Source: Klebsormidium nitens
Taxonomy: Eukaryota > Plantae > Klebsormidiophyceae
DNA length: 64,000 nt
Direction: 5' to 3'
Assembly: GCA_000708835.1 (NCBI GenBank)
Contig: DF237092.1
Location: forward strand, 23,365-87,364
Of the stretch, positions 1-12,300 are shown piece by piece (position 1 is the first letter of the stretch; the number at the start of each line of letters is the position of its first letter). Position numbers and translations under genes: made by a program. A model generated the notes under the pieces. That model ran no database searches, was not told the DNA's origin, and was given only the letters and a program-made list of their open reading frames with translations.

Positions 1-932
1 CTGGGTGACTGGGTGGTAGGCGCAGGAGTTGGTGCTTTCGTGGTTGGATCAGGAGTCGGTGCTTTGGTTGTTGGGAAAGGGGTGGTGTCACCCCCGCAGA
101 CGAAGTTGGATGGGAAGTCGCAGCAGGTGCACGCGTTGTTGAAGGCAGTCCCCGGACCGCATTGTTGGTAAAAGCCCCGGCCGCTGGCTGTGCACTGCCA
201 GAAGGAAGTGCAACCGGAGGCCGGGTCAGCTGTGTATTGCCCGGCCGCGGTGCACAGGGGGGCGGCCTGTTGCAGAAGGTGGCGGTGGCCATTGACGGCA
301 GGTTGAGCCACATCCTGCAGAGCACAAGTCACCATGTGATTTGTGAGTCAGGAAAGCTCTGACGATCATTCCAGGGCGTGCCCTGTGGATCGATCATGCG
401 AGCCATTGCGAGTGATCTGCAAATCTAAAAATGTAAATGTTATCTGGAACCCCAACAATCACAAGTCCCCCCCTTCCCCAAAACGAGCTGGGAAGTGCGG
501 TCTGCGAGGCTGGATTGATGACGCTGGCTGGTCTTACAAGCCATCACGCGTTGTTGCGTTATACACCTGCCCAATGTGCATCATTAGTCAACGTGTAAGA
601 ACGGAGCGAGTGTGGTCTAATACTGCGGTCTTTTGCATGTTGCTAAGGTTTCGTGACAACAATCAGTGAATGTAGATCACAGCGTGTTGCTGTCAGTCAT
701 CACTGATGCACACAAGCATGCACACAAGCCTGATCAAGCGCATCATGCATATACAACAAGATGGTCACGCCTCAGCTGCCGAGAGCTCAGTTTGATATTG
801 AGGGGCCTAGCTCAGGTGCAAAAGTGACTCAGTGCGGGCGCTCACCTCAACCACACCAGATGCTATGTCTGCGCGCGTGGATGCGGCGCAGAAGAGGGAG
901 AAAAGTGCGCCAAGAACAATAGCATTCCTCAT
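1..932 (-). CDS. Secreted protein with chitin-binding type-2 (CBM14/peritrophin-A) domain and Pro/Thr-rich stalk; 3' part lies outside the window
   Basis: Exon 1 (932-846) is MRNAIVLGALFSLFCAASTRADIASGVVE, a signal peptide ending at GAG|GTGAGC. Exon 2 starts at 314 (CTGCAG|GAT, phase 0) and reads DVAQPAVNGHRHLLQQAAPLCTAAGQYTADPASGCTSFWQCTASGRGFYQQCGPGTAFNNACTCCDFPSNFVC, then TTKAPTP repeats. Cys spacing and the CDFP motif fit CBM14. Not in the supplied ORF track. Confidence 0.8.
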
Positions 933-1713
933 TGCCCCCAACGTAATGGATCTGAACGTACAGGCAGATTCACGATCCTTGCAATGCGATTGATTTGGGG
1001 GTGCCTGCATTGTTTGAATAGTCAAATAGCATCTCATAAAATCAAACAGTACCTGGGCCAATATTGTGCCTTGCTAGAGTAGCTCAAGGTATGTCACGTG
1101 GAACAGGTGCAGGCGCTCAAGCAGGTAGAGCTGTATTTTGCGCCTGTTTGACCAGGCATAATGCAGGCAAGCATATTAGATTGGGATTAGAGTTCTTGAA
1201 TGCAGTGTAGAGCAAAGTGTGGCAAGAGTTATATCATGTCATGAGTTTCCTTAAGAAGCTGGCCCTCGAAATGGTTGCACAACGATGATTGATATCCCCT
1301 TGACAAACCGGAAATCCTCTCAGGCTTGCTCACCTGGCTGGTAATCCGCAAGTGGCACTGCAGCTGAATGCGGCTGCCAAACTGAACCGTCAAGAAGGGA
1401 GTGTTTCGTTTGTCAGCTGTGCATCCAGGCTAGTATAAGAAGGCCAGAAGGACGTTGTTGACTGAGGATCTGAACTGAATACAGGCACGGAGCATGATAA
1501 ATAGATGCACAGGGTTGAAAGCTGATGCACATTGCAAAGGATCAAAAGGAACACAGCCTCAGGATCGTCACAGGAATCCTGGTCCAGGAATACAGGCTGA
1601 TCATTCGGGGCTTGCTTCATCCGGGATGGACCTGGGATGGATCCGGCCGGATGAAGGCTTTGCGGGCTGCGAGTCAGCTTCATCGCCACGGTGACCTGCC
1701 TGACTGTTGACGT

Positions 1714-1976
1714 ACCCGTACCGCCAAGGAAAATCGCCTAAATATTCTGGGGTCGGTGCGAAAAGTTAGAAAGTAAGTGGGACCCTAACTGCGAAAAGGC
1801 GAAACTAAAGAATTATCTCAAAATGGTGAAAAGTCCTGTTTTGAAGGGCAAAATACGCAAAAAACTGCTTTGTGCGAAATGTAAAATAAATTCTCAAATT
1901 GCGTCAGGTGAAACCTCAAACGAACGAAATTAAATTTTCGCACCAAAAGGTGGCGAATTCCCTTGACGGTACGGGT
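1714..1976. mobile_element. MITE-like element with terminal inverted repeats
   Basis: The left end ACCCGTACCGCCAAGGAAAATCGCC and the right end GGCGAATTCCCTTGACGGTACGGGT are imperfect reverse complements. The interior is rich in GCGAAA/TTTCGC. No clean target-site duplication. Confidence 0.6.
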
Positions 1977-2053
1977 CAGTACGGGTATGTATCTCCGTCA
2001 CCGTAGTACCGTACAGATCGAAAGATCCGACATCAAGGTAGGAATGAATCCTA

Positions 2054-2554
2054 GGCTGCCTCCACACTGGGGGATACTTGGGGATACTGGAGTACCCGGC
2101 TACTTCTCAAGTTTCTCCGAGGAACCGGGAGCTCTTCCGCAGAATGCGGGAGCTGAAGTAGCCGCTTCCACACCGGGGGCTACTTCGGACATCGGCTACT
2201 TCCGCCGGTCACTCTCAGCGTGCCACGTTGACTCAAAGATATTCGCGCAATCATTCAAGAAAGCAGACTGTCGGTGTTCGCACGCGTCCGGTTCAACAAC
2301 TGGTTACTGGACCGTCATGCTGAAGTCTGATTGGCCAACCGCCGAGTAGCCGGCCGAGTAGCCTACTTTTTGAAGGATAATTGCCGGGCTACTCGTTCAC
2401 ACGTGAGAAGACGAAGTAGCTCCCGATCATCGCGGAATACAAAGTAGCCGGGCTGAGTATCCCGCAGTCTGGACGGGCTACTTGCCCGGGATACTCCAGA
2501 GGGGGGTACTCGGAGTAGCCGACGACCCAAGTATCCGGCAGTGTGGAGGCAGCC
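2054..2554. mobile_element. PIF/Harbinger-like MITE (~500 bp)
   Basis: Terminal inverted repeats GGCTGCCTCCACACTG...CAGTGTGGAGGCAGCC are flanked by a 3-bp direct repeat CTA (2051-2053, 2555-2557). About 10 internal GGCTACT/AGTAGCC motifs occur in both orientations. Confidence 0.8.
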
Positions 2555-2811
2555 CTACCGTACAGAGAGGTCCGGCTTGCACTGTGCAGCGAGTAAGTTG
2601 ATCCGTGATTATGTCAGAGGCAATTTCGTTGCCAATCGTTGGTCGTACCGGTACCTATTTTGTTATGTACCGCGGTACACCACATATCCGTGAGTTGTAC
2701 GGTACCTACCCTTGACACATGCCGACATACCGCACATACCGTATAAACGCGCGGCCGCCGGCCTGCCAACAGCGGCCGCCGGCCCGCGCCGTAAGTAGCA
2801 AAAGCCAACCG

Positions 2812-2839
2812 TTAGGGTTTCTGAATTCTAAAACCCTAA
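2812..2839. promoter_or_regulatory. Pair of inverted telo-boxes upstream of BTS
   Basis: TTAGGGTTT-CTGAATTCTA-AAACCCTAA, about 470 bp upstream of the BTS ATG. AAACCCTA is the plant telo-box. Confidence 0.35.
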
Positions 2840-3312
2840 TCCAGGGAAATTCATGTGGCCGAACGTACGATGTACGGACACACTCAAGATTGTCAAGTGA
2901 AAATCCACATCGAGCGCAGCTCAGCGCGGCTAACCCCCTCGCTGCCAGTCCAAGAAATTACTTCATGTGCCCGACAAACCCTCTTTTAACTCTGGGTTCC
3001 GTCAGTGTGAACACTCCCTTCCACAGTGCAGGCGACATTCGAGGCAGGGCGGATTTGTAAATTGCTGGCATGCTGCTGCAGCTAGTGCAGTGTGCTGCTG
3101 TGTGCATGTGCAGAACTGGCGAGAAGAAGCACTCTGCACACGAACTGTTTGATGCGGCTTATGGTTGCCGCGTGCTGGGCCCTGGCCAGATTGAGGGCGC
3201 CCTTCCTTTCGCGGATGTCGTTGGCTGAGCACAGTTTGTTAAGGTTTATCGTCAGGGCTTCCTTCGCGCTGCTCTTCTGCCAGGAGATGCCGCCCAGGGG
3301 CTGCTTATAAGC

Positions 3313-6300
3313 ATGGAGAGGCAGGGGCCTGTGCAAGTCGTGACCGGCGCAGTCCTTCGTCCGGATCCGCCGCCATCCCCAGCAAAACGATTTAGCTGTT
3401 CCTCCCCCATTGTGGAGATTATCCATTTCCACAAGGCGATCAAATCAGAGCTGGCCAGGCTCTGCCAAGCTGTCGTTGCGTTAGAAAACGGGGCGCAGGT
3501 CGAGTTTAGTGCTTTATCAAAAAGGTACCAGTTTCTGCAGTCGGTGTACAAGTACCACAGCCAGGCGGAGGATGAGGTCATTCTTCCAGCCCTGGACTTG
3601 AGGGTGAAGAATGTTGCCCATGCATACTCGTTAGAGCACGAGGCCGAGGGGGACATCTTCGTGCAGCTTGCGGAGCTTTTATCTGCTGCAGGGTCGGAGA
3701 GTGGGGAACTAGAGAGGGCCGAGCTCTTGCGGCAGCTGGTGTGCACAACAGAGGCCCTGCAGACGACTCTGAGGCAGCACCTGAATAAGGAGGAAGAACA
3801 GGTAATTCTTCTTTGTCAATCCCCGTGTTTGTCCGAGTCAAATGACCTGGAGGTTTCTGAGCGACCCGTGATGGAGTCGGTCTGGATTCTTACATACTAG
3901 TATACATCTATTATGATCCATAAAGCATCGGGTACTATTTTCGGGAAGCCGATTACGGGAGTCATGCTGAAGACTGGTCCGGTTGCTTTTGAGCACTACA
4001 AGTGCCGACCAGTTTGAAGTTGTGCAGAAACCCTAGTGCGATTTAAGGAACCGGTTAGTAATCACAGTGACTTTCCACCTGTAACATAATCAACATCAGG
4101 GCTTTTTGAGTGTTTTCCAATTGCAAATGCGTAGTGGCTCTGGGAAGCGGGTGAATCTGTTTGGATGAGTCCAGAGTCATTCAGACAGTCTGCCGGCGGT
4201 GGTGGTTGTGCATTGTGGTCGAGTGTACTGTTGCGTTGATATTAAAGATTATCTTTGGATTCATGCTTTGAAGGCCGTGTTTCATTTTTGGGACCATATC
4301 AGGATTCACAAAATCCCTGTGCTTTTGGATTGTTCTGCTTGATCTCCCTGCCGTTTTCACTTTGCAACCTGCACTCACCAAAAGCATTCGGGGAAGGTTC
4401 TGTTTGTCTTTCTCTTCGCATCTTTGCAATTTTGCATGGCTGAGAATGCATTTGTGAGGGGGCTCTTCAAATGTTGTAGTCAGTTCTCTTCCCAAAAGTG
4501 TTCCTCCTCAACAGAACCGATCAAGTTGGAAAGACAAGTTGATATATCAAGCTGGCAAGACAAGTCACTGTCAACTTCTTATTCGTTGAATCGAGCCAGA
4601 CAGTTGATAGTTATACCTTGCACTGGCCTGAAACCTCTGAACCGGAGGACTCTTCTTTTGCAGGTCTTCCCTCTGCTAATGCAAAACTTCAGCTTTGAGG
4701 AGCAGGCCGCTCTGGTATGGCAGTTTATGTGCTGCATTCCAGTAAACCTTCTAGAGGAAGTCTTGCCTTGGGTTGCTGCGGAGCTGAACCCCCAAGAGCG
4801 ACAAGAAATGGTGGCGCATATCCATGACGTGGTTCCTAGCGAAGAGCTTCTGCTGGAGGTGCGGGAGATGCCGCCTCTTCTGACTTGATCTTGCCTGCTT
4901 TGTACAGCGCAGTCAACGAGAGTTCATAGCAGCGAGGCTGGTTGATCAGGGCGTCCTGAGATGTCCAGTCTTGGTGCATTCGATGGCTCTTACTTGGCGG
5001 AATGACTCATACGAATTGTCAGGTGGCTGTCTTCTTTCTTCAGTATTGAACGGCTTGCGGCGCATGTTTGGGGATCGCAGAGTCCACTGCCATCGTTCAA
5101 TTCTCAGTGACGGCCTGATTTACATGCTTTTTTTCTGTAATGCAGGTTGTTCAAACCTGGCTGGCAAAAGACAGGCGCCCTGCTGACGCACAGATAGGTC
5201 ACTCGGTGAACACGTTTGCCGCGGCTGTCGTAACCGCCGAATCCTCAGGCCCGGGAAAAGCTTTGAGGGACTCCGTAAAACAAGGAAAGTTGGAAAGCGT
5301 TGAGGCTCTGAGCGGAGGCGCGAAGCCGGACGGACTGAATCACACAAGCAGAATGGCACTGATGGGGGGTGGGGTTCCTCAGACAGCGCTGAGCGAGACT
5401 GGGGTTGAGGGAGCGGTTAAGGAGCGCCTGCCAATCAATGAGATACTTCACTTCCACAATGCGATTCGGAAGGAGCTAGAGAGCTTTGCAGAGGAGGCCC
5501 GGGCACTGCGTTTGACCGGGATGCTCAATGCCGTCAGCCTGACGTCGCTGGTGGAGCGGTACAGGTCAGTGTTTTCACTTTTTTTCCCTTCCAAGTGGAA
5601 GGCTGGCAGAAGTTCCATTGGGTGACTATGCCTTACAAGTTTAGGTGGACGTCTCCCCCCCTAAGGAGGGGCCAGGGGAGATTGAGACTAGATTTTCATA
5701 AGCATCGTCATGGTTTTCATAAACATCGCTTCCGTGCCAACTGGCGTTTGAGACTAGACGTAAAAGTGGTAGGGCAACTCTTAGGAATTAGAGATGACAC
5801 GTTGGCATGTTTCAGAATGCTTGGGCGAAGGATACCCTTGCACGGAAGCCCCTGGTTTTTCCAGAAGGGATTGCTTTCTAACGTCATGCGGCAATCTTCT
5901 GCAGATTCCTGTCGGATGTTTGCATCTTCCACAGCGCCGCGGAAGACAACGTCGTGTTCAAGGCCGCATTGGACCGCAAGGTCAAGCTGCCGCGCACGTA
6001 CATGGGCTATCATGGCCTTGAGGAGCAGCAGTTTTCAGATGTCGGGCGGCTGCTGGCTGGGGCTCGGACGGCAGAGGTAAGGAGTTGGTGCATACGAAGA
6101 TCGTTGCAAGGAGATTGCCTGGTTGTAATAGTTGAGAGGCTGGTAGTGAGGGCTACCTCCAATTCAGCTCTCGAGTAGCTTGGTATACATCTGGACTTTC
6201 ACCATTTGCAAGAGAGGAGGGAACTCCATCTACTTCTTTCGTTCACTGCCTCACCTGCGTGAACAGATTATCTGCTAATGTGGTTTCTTTATGTTCACTC

Positions 6301-9300
6301 AAGCCCTTCGTGGAATTACATTCTTTTCTTACAGGAACGAACTCTCTGATTCAGAGACTGTTATCTAACTGCATGATCGTAAGTCTTCTCCTGATTGCAA
6401 AATTCATATTTTTTCCAGATTGGCAGCGCTGCCGCAGAGCAGATCATTGGGGACCTGTGCGAGCAGGCGGAGGCCATTGTATCTGCCGTCCGTCAGCATT
6501 TCCTGGACGAAGAAGCAGAGGTGCTTCCGCTGGTGCAACAGCACTTCAGCGTGGAGGAGCAGCGGGTTCTCATGTACCAGAGCCTCCGGGCCATGCCGCT
6601 GCGCCTTCTTGAACAGGTGAAAATTGGAGTTAACTTTCGGTTCGTACTTAGGTTTGGGATGCAAGAAATGTAACATTAGGGAGTTAGGCTTTCTTGGTGC
6701 AATCCGGTATGGATGAGCAGCAGGTATTTATGTACCAGAGCCTCCGTGCGATGCTGCTGCAGCTCCTTGATTAGGTGATGTTCAAGTTGCGCTTCATTCG
6801 TTGTACCAAGGATAGGCAAGTGAGGATGATGGGTTTTGGGTTTGAAGGTTTAGGGTCTCCTGATATCAGGGTTTTTAGTAGGTTCACCGGAAGTTGTGTG
6901 TGGAAGGTTTACAGGTAGTTCTGTGTGGAGAAGCAGTAGGTGTCTAGTGCTAGAGCCGCAGCCCTAAGTTGCCGCCTGAAAAGTATTCGTTGAAGCCTCC
7001 AATGGCTTCTGGATGCTCTGCAATTATTTAGTCAGATACGCTTGGTGTCTGCAGGTCCTCCCCTGGGTGATGGCCCTCCTGAGTGAAGACGAGGCAACCG
7101 ACATGGTGCGCAACATGCAGTTGGCCGCACCCCCTGTTGACTCAGCCCTGGTGGCCCTTTTCTCGGGGTGGGCAAATCGGGGCCGCTCCGCCAGCCGCTC
7201 GAGCGGTGACACCCGGTCCCACTCCGAGGGGGGTGATGACGTCAGCAGCCACCCCGCGGCAGACGATGCGGAGACAGTTGAGCAGGTCGCGGAGGACGGG
7301 GGTTCTGCGGAAGGGGGAGGGGTGCTGAAACGGAAGTCGTCTGAAGGCGATGAGGGCAGCGGAGGAGGTGCAACGGGGGGTAACAGCCCTCCCCGAAAGA
7401 AGAACAAGGTGGAAGCGGGGGCAAAAGCAGTGGATCTCGTTTCAGGGGGGGAGAACGGGGAGGGAAAGCTCTCGCGGGGCAGCTCTGCATGGACGACGCG
7501 GCCGCTCGCAGACCTCCCCGGGGGTGGCCTCCCGCTTCGAAGCCCGGGGATGAGCGGTCCGACCTCGTTCTGGGGTAAAATCAAGGGGGGCACGATGACC
7601 GGGGGGCGCGCCCCGATCGACCACATCTTCCAGTTCCACCGCGCAATTCGGAGAGACCTGGAGTACCTGGACCTTGCCTCGGGGCGGCTTCTGCACTGCG
7701 ACGACCAGTTCTTCTCGGACTTTGACGGGCGGTTCCGGTTCCTGTGGGGGATCTACCGGGCGCACAGCGCGGCAGAGGACGACATCGTGTTCCCGGCCCT
7801 CGAGGCGAAAGAGGCGCTGCACAATGTCAGCCACTCTTACTCGATCGACCACCAGCAGGAGGAGCAGCTCTTCAAGGAAATTGCGAAAGCGCTCGAGGAT
7901 CTGAAGGCGTGCCGGGCGCGTGCGCACGCGGAGCGGGCTCGGCAGCCGGGCGCAGCAACGGTAACCGTTGGCGGGAACACAGTGCCAGGTGGCGCGCAGC
8001 CGGCTGCGACAGGTGGCACCGACATTCCGAAGCTTTCGGAGAAAGCCGCTGTAGAAACGGAGCCGTCAAGTAGCTCGGACGGGGGTAACATGGGAGCGTC
8101 CGATGGGATCATTCGGAAAGGGGGTGGTGTGGTATTGAACCCGGGTTCAAGCTTAATGGAGAAAGAAGGGGGGGTGGGAACGCAGGGGGCGTTGGACGAG
8201 TATCACACGCGGGTTTTGCAGCTTCAGCGGATGTGCAAGTCGGTGCGCGTGAGCTTGGACAAGCACGTGTCGAGCGAGGAGGTGGAGCTGTGGCCGCTCT
8301 TCAGCATCCACTTCAGGTATGCTCCTGACTTTAGCTCGATACAGATACTGAAGCCTCAGGTTCGCACCATCAGAACTCACCATTTACCTCGGCAGTACTG
8401 TACCTACTGTAATCAATCCCCGTTATGCTCCTCGAGTGTGTCTGTTGTCGAAAATCCGAAGTGTCAGACTTAAGGCGTCTTACAAGTTCATTCATTCGAG
8501 AGGCATCTGCACAGTCTACACTGGCAGTGAGGGTGGCCTCTTTCCTCTTTGCGTGTGCTGTCAACTCAGGCGCGGAAAAAGAAGGACAGCTCCGCAGAAT
8601 CTGACCAGCATTCGAATGTACTCTGTTCTTCCAATCTCCAGTGTCGAGGAACAGGACGCGATCGTGGGGCGCATCATTGGTTGCACGGGTGCGGAGGTGC
8701 TGCAAGCGATGCTGCCATTTGTGACCACTGCTCTGACAGACGAGGAGCAGGTGCGGTTTTTCGTGCATGAAGTTCATTCTGGAGGATACTCGTTGTTGCT
8801 GGGCATCAGTAGAGGACAGTTGTTTCCGAACGTCAGTGACGGAGTGCTTGGAAGGCCAGTCTGGAAGGTCGAGCATTTGAAGATTCCCAGTCAAGGTTCA
8901 GACAAAAATCGATGCCCCCAAATTGCAAATTCGTTCAAAGCTATGGTCTTCGTTCACAGAAGCTGGTTGCTTTTGTACCCTTTCTGCGGTTGATCAGCCA
9001 GTGAGCTTCTTGTTGTCAAGTATCCTCTTGCCTAAGGAGCACAAACAAAGCTTAAGCGGCAGCCTGTGGTGGCCGCTCTCACCAATAACAGCGCCTGCTG
9101 AAGAGACGCTTCAGGTACCAATCGGTTGCCTATTTTTGATACGAGTCAGTGAGGACACAACGATGATGGATATTGGCTCCGAGTGACTGCTCAAAGAAGA
9201 AGTATGACAAACCTGACGTTGTTCTGTCCGTTTTGACAGGGCGAGATGATGAAGAACTGGCGCAACGCCTCGCGCAACACCATGTTCGACCAGTGGCTCA

Positions 9301-12300
9301 GCGCGTGGTGGAAGGGCGACAAGAGCGGCGACCATAAGCTATCGCCCAAGAGCGCCGCAGCCCTGGAAGATGGCGACAGCAGTCGCCTGGCGGAGGTCGC
9401 CGAGTACCTCAAACAAAACGGGGGGGTCCCGGTGATCCCCCTGGACCAGGAGACGGAAGATAGCGACGAAATGGGGGGGCAGGAGCCCAGCAAAAGCGAT
9501 CGGGGGGGGAAAGACGAGAAGCTCGAGGAGCTACGAGAGCAGCAATTGGTGCACAGGGCGGAACGGGTTAGTTTGGGCGAGCGGGGGGGTGAGGATGCGG
9601 CCTCCGGCGCCCCCCCGGTAGGAAACGGTGGCGAGGGGGGGGCGTCGAGCAGTGGGGGAAAGGAGGGGGGTGTTGAGGGGAGTAACTTTAAGCCGGGGTG
9701 GGAGGATATCTTCAGGATGAACCAGAAGGAACTAGAGGCGGCGATCCGGAGGGTGTCGAGGGACAGCACGCTGGAGCCGCAACGGAAGGCGTACCTCATG
9801 CAGAACCTTATGACCAGGTGCGTTCACTTGTGAAGTCGTGGATAACGTCTCACCGTCAAAAGAGAAGGCAAGTGCGGATGGTGTTTTGCGGTTTCAAGGC
9901 CCAAGTGCTGAGTCTGCAGTCCGGTTCACTACCTCCTCCTTGTCTTTGCTCAATCTGCCCCGTTATCAGTTGACAATAAGGGCTCTCAATAGTTGCGGGC
10001 AATCTACCTGGACAGGGGTTCCAGCAAACCTGTGCTTCCGGATTGTATCTTTATTAGCGTGGATTACTTTTATCACCTGGTTATGAAACCTTTTTTTCTC
10101 TTTGCGCAGTCAGTTGATTGTGGCGCAGCCAAAAGTGGCCCCATTTCCGGCCTCCGGTGCAAAGACTCTTAAGAGCTACGGCCGTCGTATAACGACGAAG
10201 CCAAGGCCATCCGTTGCCCGCAAATCTCCCACACCCGCGGTTCTCCTTGTTATGAAGTTGATTTTCATCTTCTCCTGTGTGCAGTCGATGGATTGTTGCC
10301 CAGCAAAAGGTCGCCCCATCTGCCGCCACCGGCGGGGAGGGCTCCCAGGAGTTGCGGCCGTCGTACCACGACGAAGCCAAGGGCATATTCGGTTGCGAGC
10401 ATTACCAGCGCAACTGCAAAGTGAAGGCCGCGTGCTGTGGACAGCTCGTCACGTGCCGTTTCTGCCATGACAAGGATAGCGATCACACCATGGACAGGTG
10501 AGAGCTTGGTTTGCTCTCTGGTGTGAATGCGCACAAGTCGACTGAGACGCTACTCTGCACGTATCTTGAACATTTCCGGACCAACATCTGTCCTTGGGTC
10601 GCTTGTGATTCGAGCGTGTAGATTTTGGACATGCTAAAGCAGCTCTGCTTCGGAACGGTGCATGAGCTCTGACCTGCTATTGTGACGGCACAGATTGTGC
10701 TGCTGCGCACTTTCATAAGTTCTCTTCTGGCCCGTTCAAAGATCACGTGGCAAAGGTACGTGAGTCTGCACTACACAGAATCCGAACAACGATCTTCGGC
10801 CTCGATCTCACCCCTCTGCCTGCTAATTTCCAGAGGTGCCTTTTCCCTCGTTGCCGGCTGTCTCAGTAAACAGCCTCCTTTCCTTTGATGGCCTGTCACC
10901 TCGCCGTGTTCTTACTTCACTGACGACCGGTTGACCTTCTGCACATGCACTTCCGCGGGCTTGCAGTTTTGCATGACTGCCTCAAGACTTTCCAACCTCC
11001 TGGGCTTTAGAAATTCTAGCGATTGGACTCACTCAGCATGACATCCCTCTCTGCCTACTCTGCATTGCACCTCCTGACGATCGCTGACCTCATCGTCTGC
11101 AGGCATGCTGTTCGCGAGATGATGTGCAGGACGTGACTTCGGGGCACCACCTTCTGTTTTTGGCAACATCCTCTAAGCGCTAATATCACGCGCTGACCTT
11201 TAGCTGACGTTTGTCGATGTAACCATCCGCTAAACGCTGACGTCACATGCTGACCTTTGGTTGACGTTACCCTGTGCAGGCACGCCGTCCGCGAGATGAT
11301 GTGCATGACGTGTCTCCAGGTGCAGCCCGTGGCGCAGCACTGTGCGACGCCCTCGTGCAACGGGCGCAGCATGGCGCGCTACTACTGCGCCGTGTGCAAG
11401 TTCTTCGACGACTCGGGCAAGGACGTCTACCACTGCCCTTTCTGCAACCTCTGCCGGGTTGGCAAGGTAAAGCTTCATTGTTTTATCTTCTTCTATTTCT
11501 TTTGTTCCATTCCTAGGCTGTGCGGGGAGTTCTAAGACGGCTGGGGCAACCTACCACTGCCCCTTCTGCAACCTCGGGTCGGCAAGGTGCGGTCTACTTT
11601 GTTTCAGTTCCCAGACTGCTGTTTCAATATTTGACTTTTCTTGGTCTCGTTCTTAATCGTGCTGGCAATTTTTGACGTTTTGGGCAAAGACGTCTGTCAG
11701 CTTCCGCAATCTCTGCTGGGTTGGCAAGGTGCGGCCTTTCCCTTTTTCTCCTCCGCTCTGCTTTTCTCTGGCTCTTAACCATATAGGCTCCAACCTTCAT
11801 TCCTCCGTTGACGTTGATGCCCGTTGACACTGATGACGAACTGACGTTATGGGAAAGGACGTTATGCAATCTCTTACGGCTTAAAATGGTACGAAGGCCA
11901 AGAACCATCTTCTCTCGTTGTTGTTCGTCTTTTGCTACCGTTGATAAGGGTGTCAACTGTCGCTTCTGCTCCAACTTCTGTGGGTTGGCAAAGAGTGGCC
12001 TCTTAGACATACTGATCTTTTCTTTCTGCTCATGCGGTCATATCGTTTCTGCTGCGGCATGCTTTTGGTTCTCTTTAAGTCTTGGGCAAGGGTGCACAAA
12101 TGCGTCTACCGCCGCCCTATCTGCACCTCTTCAGTGAGTCAACGTGCGCTATTCCGTCAACTTCATGCTTAGTTCAAGCTTTCCTTGTTAAGCGTCTACT
12201 TGGGCCCTCTGCTTTGAAGTTCAAGGCCTCCAAACCCCCAAGCAGTGTTTTACAGCCCCGTACAGAAGAGTCCTGCAGGGCTTGGGCATTCAACTTCATA

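Noticed and set aside
7024-8112. Long antisense ORFs (7024-7626, 7442-7927, 7837-8112) opposite BTS exon 6
   Set aside because: Shadow frames of a GC-rich coding exon with no independent motifs.
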